64,000 nucleotides of DNA from an uncultured Chloroflexia bacterium (lineage in GTDB: Bacteria > Chloroflexota > Limnocylindria > Limnocylindrales > CSP1-4), in contig CAVOIR010000001.1 in the NCBI GenBank assembly GCA_963696045.1, positions 139,199 through 203,198 of the forward strand, read 5' to 3'. Numbering within the stretch: the first letter of the stretch is position 1; every line of letters starts with the position of its first letter. Position numbers and translations under genes: made by a program. Under the pieces are notes generated by a model. It was not told where the DNA came from, did no database searches, and saw only the letters and a program-made list of their open reading frames with translations. Shown piece by piece: positions 48,776-63,806 of this stretch.

Positions 48776-49782
48776 TCAGAAGGCCATCGCGCCCCTAGCC
48801 CGAGCCTCTTGCCGCGCCCCGGCTTCGCTCAGCCCGCTCGTGTCCGATCCGCCTTCCGCGCCGCGGCGGCCGCCTTCGATCTCCTCGAGCTCGGCGAGGT
48901 CCTCGTCGTCGAGCTCGGCTTCGTCGAGGTCGGCTCGCCCTCGGCGACCTCGGCCAGCCGTGCCCTCCTTGCGGGCCGTGCGGATGTCCACGAGGTCGAC
49001 CTTGCCGTGCTTGATGAGCTGCTTGGCCTTGCGCTTCTGCTTCATGCGCCGCTCGGCGTCGTCCTCGTGCATGTCGGCGATCTCCTCGGGATCGCCCTCG
49101 GCCACGATCTGGCCCTTGTCGAGGAGGATGGCGCGCGTGCAGAAGGCCGTGATCCAGCTCATGTCGTGGGTGACCATGACGACGGCCTTGGCCGTCTGCA
49201 GCACCTCGGCGATGCGGCGCCGGCTCTTCTCCTTGAACTTGTTGTCGCCGGTCTGGAGGACCTCGTCGAGCAGCAGGATGTCCGGGTCCACGGCGGTGGC
49301 GATGGAGAACCCGACCCGGGCCCGCATGCCCGACGAGTACGTCTTCATGGGCGCATCGATGAAGGCCCCGATGTTGGCGAAGGAGATGATGCCCGGGCGT
49401 GATCTCCTCCATGAGCTTGTGGTCGATGCCCATGAGCGCACCGGCCAGGGCGATGTTCTCGCGGCCCGAGAGCTCCTCGTCGAGGCCGGCCTGCAGGCTC
49501 AGCAGGGTGGAGACGTGACCGTGCGCCTCGACCACGCCCTCCGAGGGCTGGATGATGCCGGCCAGCGCCAGCAGGAGCGTGGACTTGCCCGAGCCGTTGG
49601 GCCCGATGACGCCCGACCGCCTCGCCGCGGCTGACCGTCAGGTCGACGCCGCGCAGCGCCCAGAAGTGGCCCTTCCGTCGTCGCCGCGGGTCGAGGAGGT
49701 TGGCGAAGGTCGTCTGCAGCTTGGTCTTCTTGGTGAGGTTGAGGTTGTAGCGGACGCCCAGGTTCGTGGCCCGCAGCGCCAT
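48776..49782 (-). CDS. ABC transporter ATP-binding protein, Wzt/TagH-type polysaccharide exporter (frame changes)
   Basis: Walker A VIGPNGSGKSTLL (reverse complement of about 49570-49610), signature YSSGMRARVGF, Walker B ILLLDEVL. A charged C-terminal tail of about 100 aa follows. Confidence 0.8.
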
Positions 49783-49937
49783 CTCCCCCGTGGGCACCGG
49801 GCACGCGCAGGCCGAACGTGCCGGGCTCGGGCGCCTCGTCGTCGGCCTCCACGGCGGACGTCGTCGAGCTGGGCCAGGGCGGCCTCGTCGAGGCGGCTGT
49901 CGTGGCGGTTCCTCCCGGCCGCCCGTGGTCGGGTCGC

Positions 49938-50908
49938 TCACAGGAGCTTCGCGAAGGCCGGCTCGAGCCGCTTGAAGACGATGCGTGCCGATGACGATGA
50001 AGACGACGCCCGAGACGAAGATGACGGCCAGCATCGGGAGGTCGGGATGCGTGGCGGGCGTCCAGATGAGCTCGCGCCCGCCATCGGCCGTCGGGGTGGC
50101 ACCGAGGTCGCCGTAGATGACCTTGCGGTACGACTCCAGCAGGATGGCCATGGGGTTGTAGTGGAGCACGTTGAAGAGGGTCCCGATGGGCAGGCCCGAG
50201 GGCCTGGTCGGCATCGGCCATGGCCTCCTCGAGCGCCTGGCCGCGGCCGGCCACCGCGTTGAACGACCAGAGGATGGGCGAGACCCAGAAGAGCAGGCGC
50301 ATGAAGTGCCCGATGACGATGCCCACGTCGCGGTAGAAGACCGTGACGGCCGCGACCATGAACGTGAAGCCCAGCACGAAGACGAACTGCACGACCGCGA
50401 TGAGCGGCACCCAGACGACCTGCGACCGTGAGGTGGGCTGGTGTAGGCCACGAGCAGGACCAGGAACAGCACGAGCATGCCGAAGAGGAAGCTCACGACC
50501 TGGGAGAGGTCGCTCGTCACGGGCAGGATGATCTTGGGGAACATGATCTGCTTGATGAGGCCCTGTCTGCCCGTGACCGCGTGGGTCGAGCTGCCGATGG
50601 TCGAGGTGAACCACTTGAAGGGCACCATGGCGGAGAGCAGGAAGAGCGGGAAGTCGGGCGTCGCGCGCTGGAAGATGACGGTCATGACGAGCACGTAGAT
50701 GAGCATCGTGATGAGCGGGTCGAGCACCCACCAGACGTTGCCCGAGCACGGTGTTGGCGCCGCGCTTCTTGATGTCGGCGCGGACCATGTAGCCGATGAG
50801 CCGACGGCGCGACCAGACGTCGGTGATGGCGTTGCGGATGAGGGCGACCGGACCAGGCCGGTCGGCGCTGCTGCGGAAGGCAGCAGGTGCCTCGTTGACG
50901 ACTCCCAT
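49938..50908 (-). CDS. ABC-2 type (Wzm/TagG-like) exporter permease (frame changes)
   Basis: RRLIGYMVRADIKKR, LDPLITMLIYVLVMTVIF, FLLSAMVPFKWF, LIKQIMFPKIILPV, YNPMAILLESYR. About six TM helices. Confidence 0.75.
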
Positions 50909-51026
50909 GGACGGCCTAGATGGTAGCGGACCGCGCGGCCGCCGCGACCGGCCCGCTCGGGACGGCCGGGAGCCGCGCCGGCTCGCCTGCCGGACCGCAG
51001 TCGCGCCCGGCGCTAGAGTCGGGCCG

Positions 51027-52336
51027 GTGACGCGCCCCAGCCCGCAGCCCGTGTTCGTCGTCGGCGGTCCGCGCTCGGGCACGACGCTGCTCTCGGCCAT
51101 GCTGGCCGCGCATCCGGCCTTCGACTGCGGTCCGGAGACGCATTGCCTGTCGCGCTGGGCGCGCCTCGGGCGCCGCGAGCGGGCGCGCATCCTCGACCCG
51201 GCCGACTGGCCCGCGCCGCGCCACCGCCTACGTGACCAGCCTCTCGCTCGGCAAGCAGCCCATCCACCCGATGTACGGCCTGACGCGCGAGGACGTCCGC
51301 GCCTGGCTGGCCGCCCGGCCGCCGTCGCTGGCCGCCATGCTCGAGTCGCTCACCGAGCAGCGCGCGCTGCGCGACGGGCGCGCCGCGCTGGGTGGAGAAG
51401 ACGCCGCGCCACCTCGAGGTGCCGGAGCTCATCGTCGAGACCTGGCCGGGGGCGCGCCTCGCTGCGCATCGTGCGCGATCCGCGCGACGCGGCCGTGTCG
51501 CTCACGAGGGTGCCCTTCGGGACGCCGTCGCTGCTCACCAACCTCTCGGTGCTGGCGCGCATGAACGAGGCGGCGGCCGACTTCTATCGCGACCTCGCCG
51601 CAGGCCCTCACCGTGCGCTACGAGGACCTCGTGGCCGAGCCGGAGCGGGAGCTGCGGCGCATCTGCGACTTCGTGGACGAGCCGTACGACGCGCGCATGC
51701 TCGAGGACCGCAGCGCGGTCAGCGGCGTCGCCGCCGCGCACGAGTGGTGGAAGGGCGATGCCACCGGGCCCACTCGACCGCGGCCGCTCCGGGCGCTGGC
51801 GCGAGGAGATGCCCGCCGAGGTGCAGCACTACGTCGCGCTCAACATGGGCGACCTGCTCGAGGAGCACGGCTACGGCACGGCGGTGCCGGCCGCCCGCCA
51901 GCTGGCCATCGTGCCGGCCGGGGACGCCCTGAGCTCGAGGTACGACGACGTCCTGCTCCGGCTCGCCGCGTCCGACGTGGCCGTCCGCCGGCCGGTCCCG
52001 GCCACCATCGAGCAGCTGCACCTCCAGGAGCCGCTCGTGTTCTTCGGCGTCGTCGGCCAGCTCGACCCGGACCGCGGGCAGCCGGCGCGCCGAGCGCGTC
52101 GTGGCCATCGCCAGGCTCGGCGCGCTGCTCCTGACGCGGCGGCTGCAGGGCCGCCCGGTGGTCTGGGTGCGGCGCCTGAGCCTCATCCGCCGCCATCCCC
52201 GCGACGGCGGCGAGCGCGTTCATCGCGCGCCTGCTGCAGGTGCTCGCGGTCGCGCGGAGGCCGACGACCTGCCGGCCCTCGTCGGCGCGGACGGCCGAGA
52301 CGCCTCGACCGCGTCGCTCGTGACGACCGAGGCTGA
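51027..52336 (+). CDS. Sulfotransferase paralogue 1 with C-terminal extension of about 150 aa (many frame changes)
   Basis: 5'-PSB loop VFVVGGPRSGTTLLSAMLAAHP, 3'-PB region LRIVRDPRDAAVSL, then LTVRYEDLVAEPERELRRICDF, HEWWKG, GRWREEM. The extension reads IVPAGDALSSRYDDVLLRLA...LVFFGVVGQLDPDRG...LLLTRRLQGRPVVWVRR. Confidence 0.7.
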
Positions 52337-53652
52337 GGTCGCCTCGCCGCCTCCGGCGTCGCATCGGCCGCGGCGCCCATCTTCGTCGTCGGCGTGGCTC
52401 GCTCGGGCACGACGCTCCTGTCGGCCATGCTGTCGGCGCACTCGCGCCTCGACTGCGGCCCGGAGTCGCGCTTCTTCGCCCGCTTCCGCCACCTCGACGC
52501 GCAGCGCGCGTCGCGCCACGCTCGACACCGGCCGACCTGGCCCGGGCCCCGCGGTCGACTTCATCGCCTCGCTGCGCAACCAGGGCCACCCGGTCGTCGG
52601 AGCTCTTCGGGCTCCGGCTGCGCGACGTGCGCGAGTACCTCGCGGGCCGGCCGCCGTCGCTGGCGGCGATGCTCGAGTCGCTCACCGTCCTCCACGCCCG
52701 CCGGGCGGGCAAGGCGCGCTGGCTCGAGAAGACGCCCCGCCACCTGCTCATGACCGACGCTGCTGCGGCGGCTCTGGCCGGAGGCCCGCATCGTGCGCAT
52801 CGTGCGCGACCCGCGCGACGTGGCCCTCTCGCTGGCGGGCCTGCCCTTCGCCAAGGAGTCGGTCGTCGGGAACCTCGTCCGCGTCGACCAGGACGATCGC
52901 GCCTCGCGCGACCGCATCGCCGCGGACCCGCTGGCCATGACCCTGCGCTACGAGGACCTGGTCACGGAGCCGGAGCGGGAGCTGCGGCGGATCTGCGACG
53001 TTCGTCGGCGAGGCGCTACGAGCCCGCCATGCTCGATTCGCGGACGCTCGGCGGCGGCCGTCGCAGCCGACCACGAGTGGTGGAAGGCCGCGGTGGCGGG
53101 ACCGCTCACCACCGCCAGCGTGGGACGCTGGCGGCGCGAGATGTCGGCCGATGCGCAGCGCTTCGCGGCGCTCCACCTCGCCGACTTCCTGCGCGAGCAC
53201 GGCTACGAGGGCGCCCGCGACGCCGCGCACGAGGTGGCCATCGTGCCCGGTCGCGGACGCGTGTCGGGTCCGCACAACGAGCGGCTCCTCCTCGAGCTGG
53301 CGCGCCGCTCCGCGGTCGTGCGTGCGACCCGCTCCCGACGAGCCTCGCGGAGCTCCACGCCCAGGCGCGACCTCGTCTTCCTCGGCGTGCGCGGCCAGCT
53401 CGACCCGAGCCGCGGGCGGCCCATCGCCAGGCGCGCTCATCTCGTGGCCTCGGCATCGGGGCCGGGCTGCTCGTCCGGCGGCTGCAGCGCCGTCCGGTCC
53501 TCTGGGTCCGCCGCGCCACGCTGCGAGCCGCGACGCCCACGCGATCCCGCTGGAGCTCTGCCTCGTGGCCGCTGCTGCGCCTGCTGGCTCGCCAGGTCGA
53601 ACCCGAGGAGGTCTGGCAGCCGCCTGCCGCCTCCGCGCTCGACGCGGCGTGA
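52320..53652 (+). CDS. Sulfotransferase paralogue 2 with the same C-terminal extension (many frame changes)
   Basis: IFVVGVARSGTTLLSAMLSAHS, WLEKTPRHL, RIVRIVRDPRDVALSL, MTLRYEDLVTEPERELRRICD, HEWWKA, GRWRREM. The extension reads IVPGRGRVSGPHNERLLLELA...LVFLGVRGQLDPSRG...LLVRRLQRRPVLWVRR. Confidence 0.7.
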
Positions 53653-53709
53653 TCCCGAGCGCCAGTCGCGCGCCCGCAGCCGGCGTGCCCGCTAGACTCG
53701 GCGTGGCCG

Positions 53710-54812
53710 ATGCGCATCATCGTCACCGGCGGCGCCGGCTTCATCGGCTCCACGTTCGTGCATCGGCGCCTCGCCGCCACGCTCTGACCACGTCACGGTC
53801 GTCGACAAGCTCACCTACGCGGGCAACCCTGCCAACCTGGACGGCCTCGCCGACGACCCCGCCACCCGCGAGCGCTACCGCTTCGTCCAGGCCGACATCG
53901 CCGACGAGCCGCTCATGCGGGAGCTCGCCGCCGAGCACGACGCCATCGTCAACTTCGCCGCCGAATCGCACGTCGACCGCTCCATCCTCGAGCCGGCCGC
54001 CTTCCTGCACACCGGCGTCATGGGCGTCTACTCGCTGCTCGAGGCCGCGCGCGCCGAGCACGAGAAGCGCGGCGGGTCAGGCCGCCGCGGCGACGAGGGT
54101 GCGACGTCAGGCCTTGACGCCGACCAGCGGCTTCCGCTTCCTCCAGGTCTCGACCGACGAGGTCTACGGCTCCGTGCCGGTCGGCCTCAGCGTCGAGAGC
54201 GACCCCATCCGGCCCGACCAGCCCCTACAGCGCCGCCAAGGCGGCCGGCGAGCATCTCGTGGCCGCCTACCACGAGACCCACGGCCTCGACACCGTCGTC
54301 ACGCGCGGCGCCAACACCTACGGCCCCCACCAGTATCCCGAGAAGCTCATCCCGCTCTTCATCACCAACGCGCTCGACGACGAGCCGCTGCCGATGTACG
54401 GCGACGGCATGCAGCGCCGCGACTGGCTCTTCGTGGACGACCATGCCGACGGCATCGCCGTGGCCCTCGATCGCGGCGCCAGCGGCGCCGCCTACAACCT
54501 GCCCGGCGACGGTGTGGAGCGGCCCAACCGCGCGGTCACCGAGGCCATCCTCGAGGCGCTCGGCAAGCCCTGGTCGCTCGTCCGCACGCGTGCCCGACCG
54601 ACCCGGCCACGACCGCCGCTACGCTCTCGACGGGTCGCGCCTCCGCGGCCCTCGGCTGGCAGCCGCGCGTCTCGTTCGAGGAGGGCATCGCCCGCACCAT
54701 CGCCTGGTACGCCGAGCACCGCGACTGGTGGGAGCCCATCAAGCGCGGCGATTGGGCCGACTACTACCGCGCCCAGTACGCCTGGCGCCTCGAGCAGTCG
54801 GTCGAGGCCTGA
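53710..54812 (+). CDS. rmlB: dTDP-glucose 4,6-dehydratase (frame changes)
   Basis: MRIIVTGGAGFIGS, VDKLTYAGN, NFAAESHVDRS, QVSTDEVYG, YPEKLIPLF, PMYGDGMQRRDWLFVDDH. Confidence 0.9.
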
Positions 54813-55049
54813 GCCGGCTCGGCCGCCTGACGCACGGGCCCCTCACGACCGCCGGCCCACGCGGTCACGACGGTCGGCGCCGACGCGCTAGACTTCGGCG
54901 GCGCGCGCTCGCGACCGTCAGTCCCTCGTGGCGCCGCAGGGACGCGCGCCAGCCCGGCGCTGGCCCCTGCGACCGAGACGTCGTCCGGCCCAGGCGCCGC
55001 CAGACGACCCGAAGCGCCCCACATCCACCAACCGGAGACCAGTCACCGC

Positions 55050-58997
<3,948 letters not shown>

Positions 58998-59001
<4 letters not shown>

Positions 59002-59729
59002 GCATCGGCGGAGGCATGCGCTACCGGGCCGATGGCCGGACGCCGGGCCAGATGCGCCCGGTCTCCATCGACCTCGACGTGCAGAAGTGGGCCGCGGCCT
59101 CGCTCATCTTCCGGCAGGGCGACACGCACGTCGTCTGCTCGGCCACCGTCGAGGACCGCATCCCGCCGCACCTGCGCGGCAAGGGCACGCGGCTGGGTCA
59201 CCGCCGAGTACGCCATGCTGCCGGCGGCCACCTCGGAGCGCATGCAGCGCGAATCGGTCAAGGGCCGGCCGGGCGGCCGGACCTACGAGATCCAGCGCCT
59301 CATCGGCCGCGCCCTGCGCGGCGTCGTGGACACCTCGGTCATGGGCGAGCGCACCGTGACCATCGACTGCGACGTGCTCCAGGCCGACGGCGGGACGCGC
59401 TGCGCCTCGATCACCGGCGGCTACATCGCGCTCGTGCTGGCGCTGCGCAAGGTCGGGCCTCGAGCGCGCCATCACCAGCAAGATCGCCGCCATCAGCGTG
59501 GGCATCGTGGCCGGCACGCCGCTGCTCGACCTCGAGTACCGCGAGGACTCGAGCGCCGAGGTCGACTTCAACGTCGTGGGCACGGACGCCGGCACGTACG
59601 TCGAGATCCAGGGCACCGCGGAGGGCAAGCCCTTCGACCGCGCCCAGATGGACCGCCTCCTGGCGCTCGCCGACGGCGGCCTCGCAGAAGCTCTTCGCCA
59701 TGCAGGCCGAGGTGCTCGCGCAGCGGTGA
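58998..59729 (+). CDS. rph: Ribonuclease PH (frame changes)
   Basis: The ATG overlaps the mazG stop (ATGA). [59 protein letters not shown]. Confidence 0.9.
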
Positions 59730-60400
59730 CGGATCCGTCGGCGGCCGTCCGGAGCGGTTCCGGAGCGGCGCCTCCTGCTGGCCACGCGGGCGCGCCACAA
59801 GGTGCGCCGAGCTGGCCGAGCTGCTCGACCTGCCCGGGGTCACGCTGCGTCACGCCCGGACGAGGTCGGCGTCGAAGGTGAGCCGGTCGAGGACGCCGAC
59901 TCGTTCCGCGGCAACGCCGAGATCAAGGTCCGCTACTACGCCGCGCGCTCCGGGCTGCCCACCCTGGCCGATGATTCGGGCCTCGAGGTGGACGCGCTCG
60001 ATGGACGGCCCGGCGTCTACACGCGGCGCTACGCGGGACCCGATGCCACCGACGCGCAGAACAACGCGCGGCTCCTGGCCGAGCTCGACGGCGTGCCGCC
60101 CGAGCGGCGCGGCGGCCCGCTACCACTGCGTGCTCGCCTACCTCGACCCCGGCGCGCCCGGCGTCCCGCGCCGGTCTTCCGCGACGGCACGTTCGAGGGC
60201 CGCATCGCGGCCGGTCCGCGTGGCGACGGCGGCTTCGGCTACGACCCCGTCTTCGAGCCCGCATCCGAGCCGCCCGGAGGGCGTACCGTGGGCCAGATGA
60301 GCGCCGCGGAGAAGCACGAGCTGTCGCATCGCGGCAAGGCCGCCCGCGCCATGGCCGAGTACCTGCGCGGCACGGACCTCGTGCGCGGCAGGGCGGCTGA
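59726..60400 (+). CDS. rdgB: Non-canonical purine NTP pyrophosphatase RdgB/HAM1 (frame changes)
   Basis: The GTG overlaps the rph stop (GTGA). [51 protein letters not shown]. Confidence 0.8.
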
Positions 60401-60402
60401 CC

Positions 60403-61362
60403 GTGCCCGTCGACCGACCCCGCGTCGTCGTCGGCGGCGAGGCCCTCATCGACCTCATCATCGACCAGTCCGGCCGCGTCACGCCCGGCGCCCGGCGGCG
60501 GCCAGTACAACACGGCCCGCGCCATCGCCCGACTCGGGGGCGACGCGCACTTCCTCGGGCGCATCTCGGACGACTGGTTCGGGCGCCTGCTGCGCGGCCG
60601 GCTGGAGGCCGACGGCGTGGGCACCGACCTCGTCGTCGAGACGGCCGACCCGACGACGCTCGTCCTGGCCGAGATCGACGCCGGGGCGTGGCGCACTACC
60701 ACTGGTACATCGAGCGGACGACGGTGCCCGGGCCTCGAGCTCGACGGACGCGCGCCGCGCCCTCGCTCCTGCGCCGGATGCGCTCCACGTCGGGACGCTG
60801 GGCCTGACCATGGAGCCGGTGGCCGATTCGCTGGCCGCCTCGTGGCCGAGGTGCCCGACCGAGACCCTCGTCATGGTCGACCCCAACTGCCGGCCGACCG
60901 CGACGCCGGACGTGGCCGTCTACCGCGAGCGCATGACCCGCGTCCTGGGTCGCGCCGACATCGTCAAGGGCAGCGACGAGGACTTCGCCTATCCTGGCCC
61001 TGGCCGACTCGACGGAGGCTGCCGCGCGGTGCCTGCTCGAGCGCGGCGTCGGCGCCGTCATCGTGACCCACGGCTCGGAGCCGGCGCGGGCCTGGTGCGC
61101 CGGCGGCGAGGTGAGGTGCCGGTGCCCGGGTCGAGGTCGTCGACACGGTCGGTGCCGGCGACACCTTCGGCGGCGCCTTCCTGGCCTGGTGGCTGGAGCA
61201 GGGCCTGGGCCGGGAACAGCTCGGCGACCGCGACCTGCTCGCGACGCCGTGACCTTCGCCGCCCGCGCCGCCGCCATCAACTGCACCCGCGCCGGCGCCG
61301 AGCCGCCGACCCGCGCCGAGATGGTCAGCGGAACCTCGGAGCCGCCACAATGGCCGCCATGA
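60403..61362 (+). CDS. PfkB-family carbohydrate kinase (frame changes)
   Basis: VVVGGEALIDLI, GGGQYNTARAIARLGG, ADIVKGSDEDF, VVDTVGAGDTFGGAFL (PfkB signature 2), INCTRAGAEPP. Confidence 0.7.
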
Positions 61363-61375
61363 GGACGATCGCGGG

Positions 61376-61957
61376 ATGAGGATGGACGTTCGCCGGACCT
61401 CGCTCCCCGAGGTGCTCGTCGTCGAGCACGAGGCCTTCGACGATGAGCGGGGCTTCTTCATGGAGGTCTATCGGGCCGATCATTTCGAGGAACACGCGGA
61501 CCTGGCGCTACCCAGCCGGTTCGTGCAGCTCAACCACAGCCGAAGCGTCCGCGGCGTCGTGCGCGGCCTCCACTTCCAGTGGCAGCCGCCGATGGGCAAG
61601 CTCATGCGGGTGGCGCGGGGCGAGGCCTTCATCGTGGCGGTGGACATCCGCCCTGGGTCACCGACGCTCGGCCGATACGAGTCGATCGTCGCGAGCGACC
61701 AGAACCACCTGCAGCTCTGGGCGCCGGCGTCCTTCGCGCGCGGCTTCTGCGTGCTGTCCGACGTCGCCGACATCGAGTACCTGACGACGGGCACGTACGG
61801 CCCCGGGGCCGAATCGGGCATCGCCTGGAACGACCCGGACATCGGCATCGACTGGCCGATCGCCGAGCCGATCCTGTCGACCAAGGACGCTGCCGCACAG
61901 TCACTCGCTGACTGGCTCGCCCGCCCGGAGGCGCAGCACTTCCGGTACCCCGGCTGA
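61376..61957 (+). CDS. rmlC: dTDP-4-dehydrorhamnose 3,5-epimerase
   Basis: Intact 193 aa. FDDERGFFME, RGLHFQ, GKLMRVARGEAFIVAVDIR, LWAPASFARGF, AESGIAWNDP. Confidence 0.9.
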   Translation: MRMDVRRTSLPEVLVVEHEAFDDERGFFMEVYRADHFEEHADLALPSRFVQLNHSRSVRGVVRGLHFQWQPPMGKLMRVARGEAFIVAVDIRPGSPTLGRYESIVASDQNHLQLWAPASFARGFCVLSDVADIEYLTTGTYGPGAESGIAWNDPDIGIDWPIAEPILSTKDAAAQSLADWLARPEAQHFRYPG

Positions 61958-61969
61958 GTCCCAGACGCC

Positions 61970-61983
61970 GCCGGGCGCCCGGC
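61970..61983. terminator. Perfect 14-nt GC palindrome between convergent rmlC and vapC (possible bidirectional terminator hairpin)
   Basis: GCCGGGCGCCCGGC is its own reverse complement. It lies 13 nt after the rmlC stop. No U-tract is present. Confidence 0.25.
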
Positions 61984-62012
61984 TCCTGGTCGGCGTGACA
62001 CTGCCTGATCGC

Positions 62013-62409
62013 TTATCGGGCGGATCTCGATGAAGCCGGCAGCCGCGAAGTCTCCGTCGAAGGCGAGCGCCTCGGTCATCCGCAGGCGACGCATCACCTG
62101 GAAGCTCGTGCCGTCGACGAACGAGTAGTCACGCTCGTCATGTCGCCGAAGCCAGGACCACGCCGCCGCCCTGGCCGCCGGGTCGACCTCGATGACCGTA
62201 AGCCGAGGGCTGGCCTCCACCGCATCCAGGAAGCCGACCGCCTCCGCATGGCCTGCCTTTCGGCGCAGGAACGTCCATGTCTCTCCCACGACCAGGTCCG
62301 TGGTCGCCAGCGGATGCGAGCGATCGGACCACAGCGCGACGGCGTCGCGGTGGTGAGCGTCGCGCCGGTATCTGTACGCGACCCAGAACGATGTATCGAC
62401 GAACCTCAT
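62013..62409 (-). CDS. vapC: PIN-domain toxin VapC (second module; C-terminal stop probably displaced by one indel)
   Basis: MRFVDTSFWVAY (PIN Asp), TTDLVVGETWTFL, DYSFVDGTSFQVMRRL, EALAFDGDFAAAGF. TAA at 62013-62015 is one frame off, and the track ORF runs on antisense through rmlC. Confidence 0.75.
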
Positions 62410-62612
62410 GGCCGGTAGACGATCTCGTCGATGTCGCCGGGGTCCTCGTCGAGCCCGCCTGCCCAGCCGTCGAATGGGTCCTCGGAGGGCTTGCCATATT
62501 CACGCCGTACGGCATCCCGGATGAGAGCGGCCTTCGAACGGCCCTCCTGTCGCGATCGGCGCGTCAGGAGCTCATCAGACTCGTCATCGATGTAGATCTG
62601 CAGTCGCTTCAC
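62406..62612 (-). CDS. Ribbon-helix-helix (CopG-like) antitoxin
   Basis: VKRLQIYIDDESDELLTRRSRQEGRSKAALIRDAVRREY is RHH. The stop overlaps the vapC ATG. GTG 62612 is preferred over ATG 62627 because of the TATACT box 6 nt upstream. Confidence 0.7.
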   Translation of the reverse strand: MKRLQIYIDDESDELLTRRSRQEGRSKAALIRDAVRREYGKPSEDPFDGWAGGLDEDPGDIDEIVYRP

Positions 62613-62618
62613 GCCCAC

Positions 62619-62646
62619 AGTATACATCACATTGTCGATGTATACG
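62619..62646 (-). promoter_or_regulatory. Inverted repeat AGTATACAT-N10-ATGTATACG containing a TATACT -10-like box (candidate TA operator/promoter)
   Basis: The arms lie at 62619-62627 and 62638-62646 and match 8 of 9. The minus strand reads TATACT-gtgggc-GTG(62612). Confidence 0.4.
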
Positions 62647-62768
62647 CCAGTCCGCGCCTCCCTCCGCCGCGGCACGACTGCCCTGTACCATCGATGTGTC
62701 ATCCCCGACCTTGATCGGCGACCGGAGGGAGATGTGCCGAGGATCCCGCGCACGCCACTCGTCGCGGC

Positions 62769-63806
62769 GTGACCGACGCCGCACCGTCGGCCGAGGGCCA
62801 CGTCAAGCCCCCGCGGGTGACTCTCTCGCTCGTCACGTTCAACGGCGCCCGCTGGATCCCGGGGTGCCTCGCATCCATCGCCGAGCAGGATCTGGCCGAC
62901 TTCGAGCTGCTGATCTGCGACAACGCCTCGTCCGATGGCAGCCAGCAGATGCTGCGGGAGTGGGTCGAGCGGGATGAGCGCGCGAGCCTTCACGAATCGA
63001 CCGTCAACCTGGGGTACGCGGCCGCCCACGACCGCGCCATCCTGGCCGCCCGCGGCGAGTTCGTCGTCCTCGTGAACCAGGACGCCGAGCTGGACCCCGG
63101 GTTCCTCAACGCGATCGTCTCCGCGTTCGAACAGCACCCGGAGGCAGCTTCGGTCCAGCCCCGGCTTCGACAGCTGTCGACGACCGGGGAGCGTCTCGAG
63201 ACGCTGGACACCACGGGCCTCGTCATGGGCCGCGACCGCCGCGCGGTCAGTCGGGCGCAGGGCCTCCGTGACGGCCCCGACCATCAGCGCCCGGGCGAGG
63301 TCTGGGGGGCTGATGGGCCGCTGCCGGCCTATCGGACGCGAGCGCTCCGTGAGGCCGCGCTCCCTCGCGAGGACGGCTCTCCCGAGATCCTCGACGAGGA
63401 CTTCTTCATGTACAAGGAGGATGTCGACCTGGCCTGGCGACTGCGCCTCCTGGGATGGACGGCCTGGTACGAGCCAGCAGCGCTCGGCTGGCATGCACGC
63501 GGCACCGGTGTCACCGGGGCCACCGCGATGCTGGACATCGCCCGCACGAACCGCGGTCTCCCCTACGCAGCACGGAAGCGCTCGTGGGTGAACCAGCGCC
63601 TCATGGTCATCAAGAACGAGGACGCGGGGACGCTGCTGCGCGACCTGCCCTGGATCGCCGCGCGGGAGGCCCTTTCGCTCGTCTACATGCTCTTCCTCGA
63701 CCCCCGTCGGCTCAGCGCCGTGCTGCCCCTCGTTCGGCTCGCCCCATCGGCCTTCCGCAAGCGCCGTGCGCTCCGAGCCCTTGTGCGCGCCAGCCGACTG
63801 GCATGA
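62769..63806 (+). CDS. GT2-family glycosyltransferase (rhamnosyltransferase-like)
   Basis: Intact 345 aa. SLVTFNGARWI, LLICDNASSDGS, NLGYAAAHD, VVLVNQDAEL, EDFFMYKEDVDLAWRL. Confidence 0.8.
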   Translation: MTDAAPSAEGHVKPPRVTLSLVTFNGARWIPGCLASIAEQDLADFELLICDNASSDGSQQMLREWVERDERASLHESTVNLGYAAAHDRAILAARGEFVVLVNQDAELDPGFLNAIVSAFEQHPEAASVQPRLRQLSTTGERLETLDTTGLVMGRDRRAVSRAQGLRDGPDHQRPGEVWGADGPLPAYRTRALREAALPREDGSPEILDEDFFMYKEDVDLAWRLRLLGWTAWYEPAALGWHARGTGVTGATAMLDIARTNRGLPYAARKRSWVNQRLMVIKNEDAGTLLRDLPWIAAREALSLVYMLFLDPRRLSAVLPLVRLAPSAFRKRRALRALVRASRLA

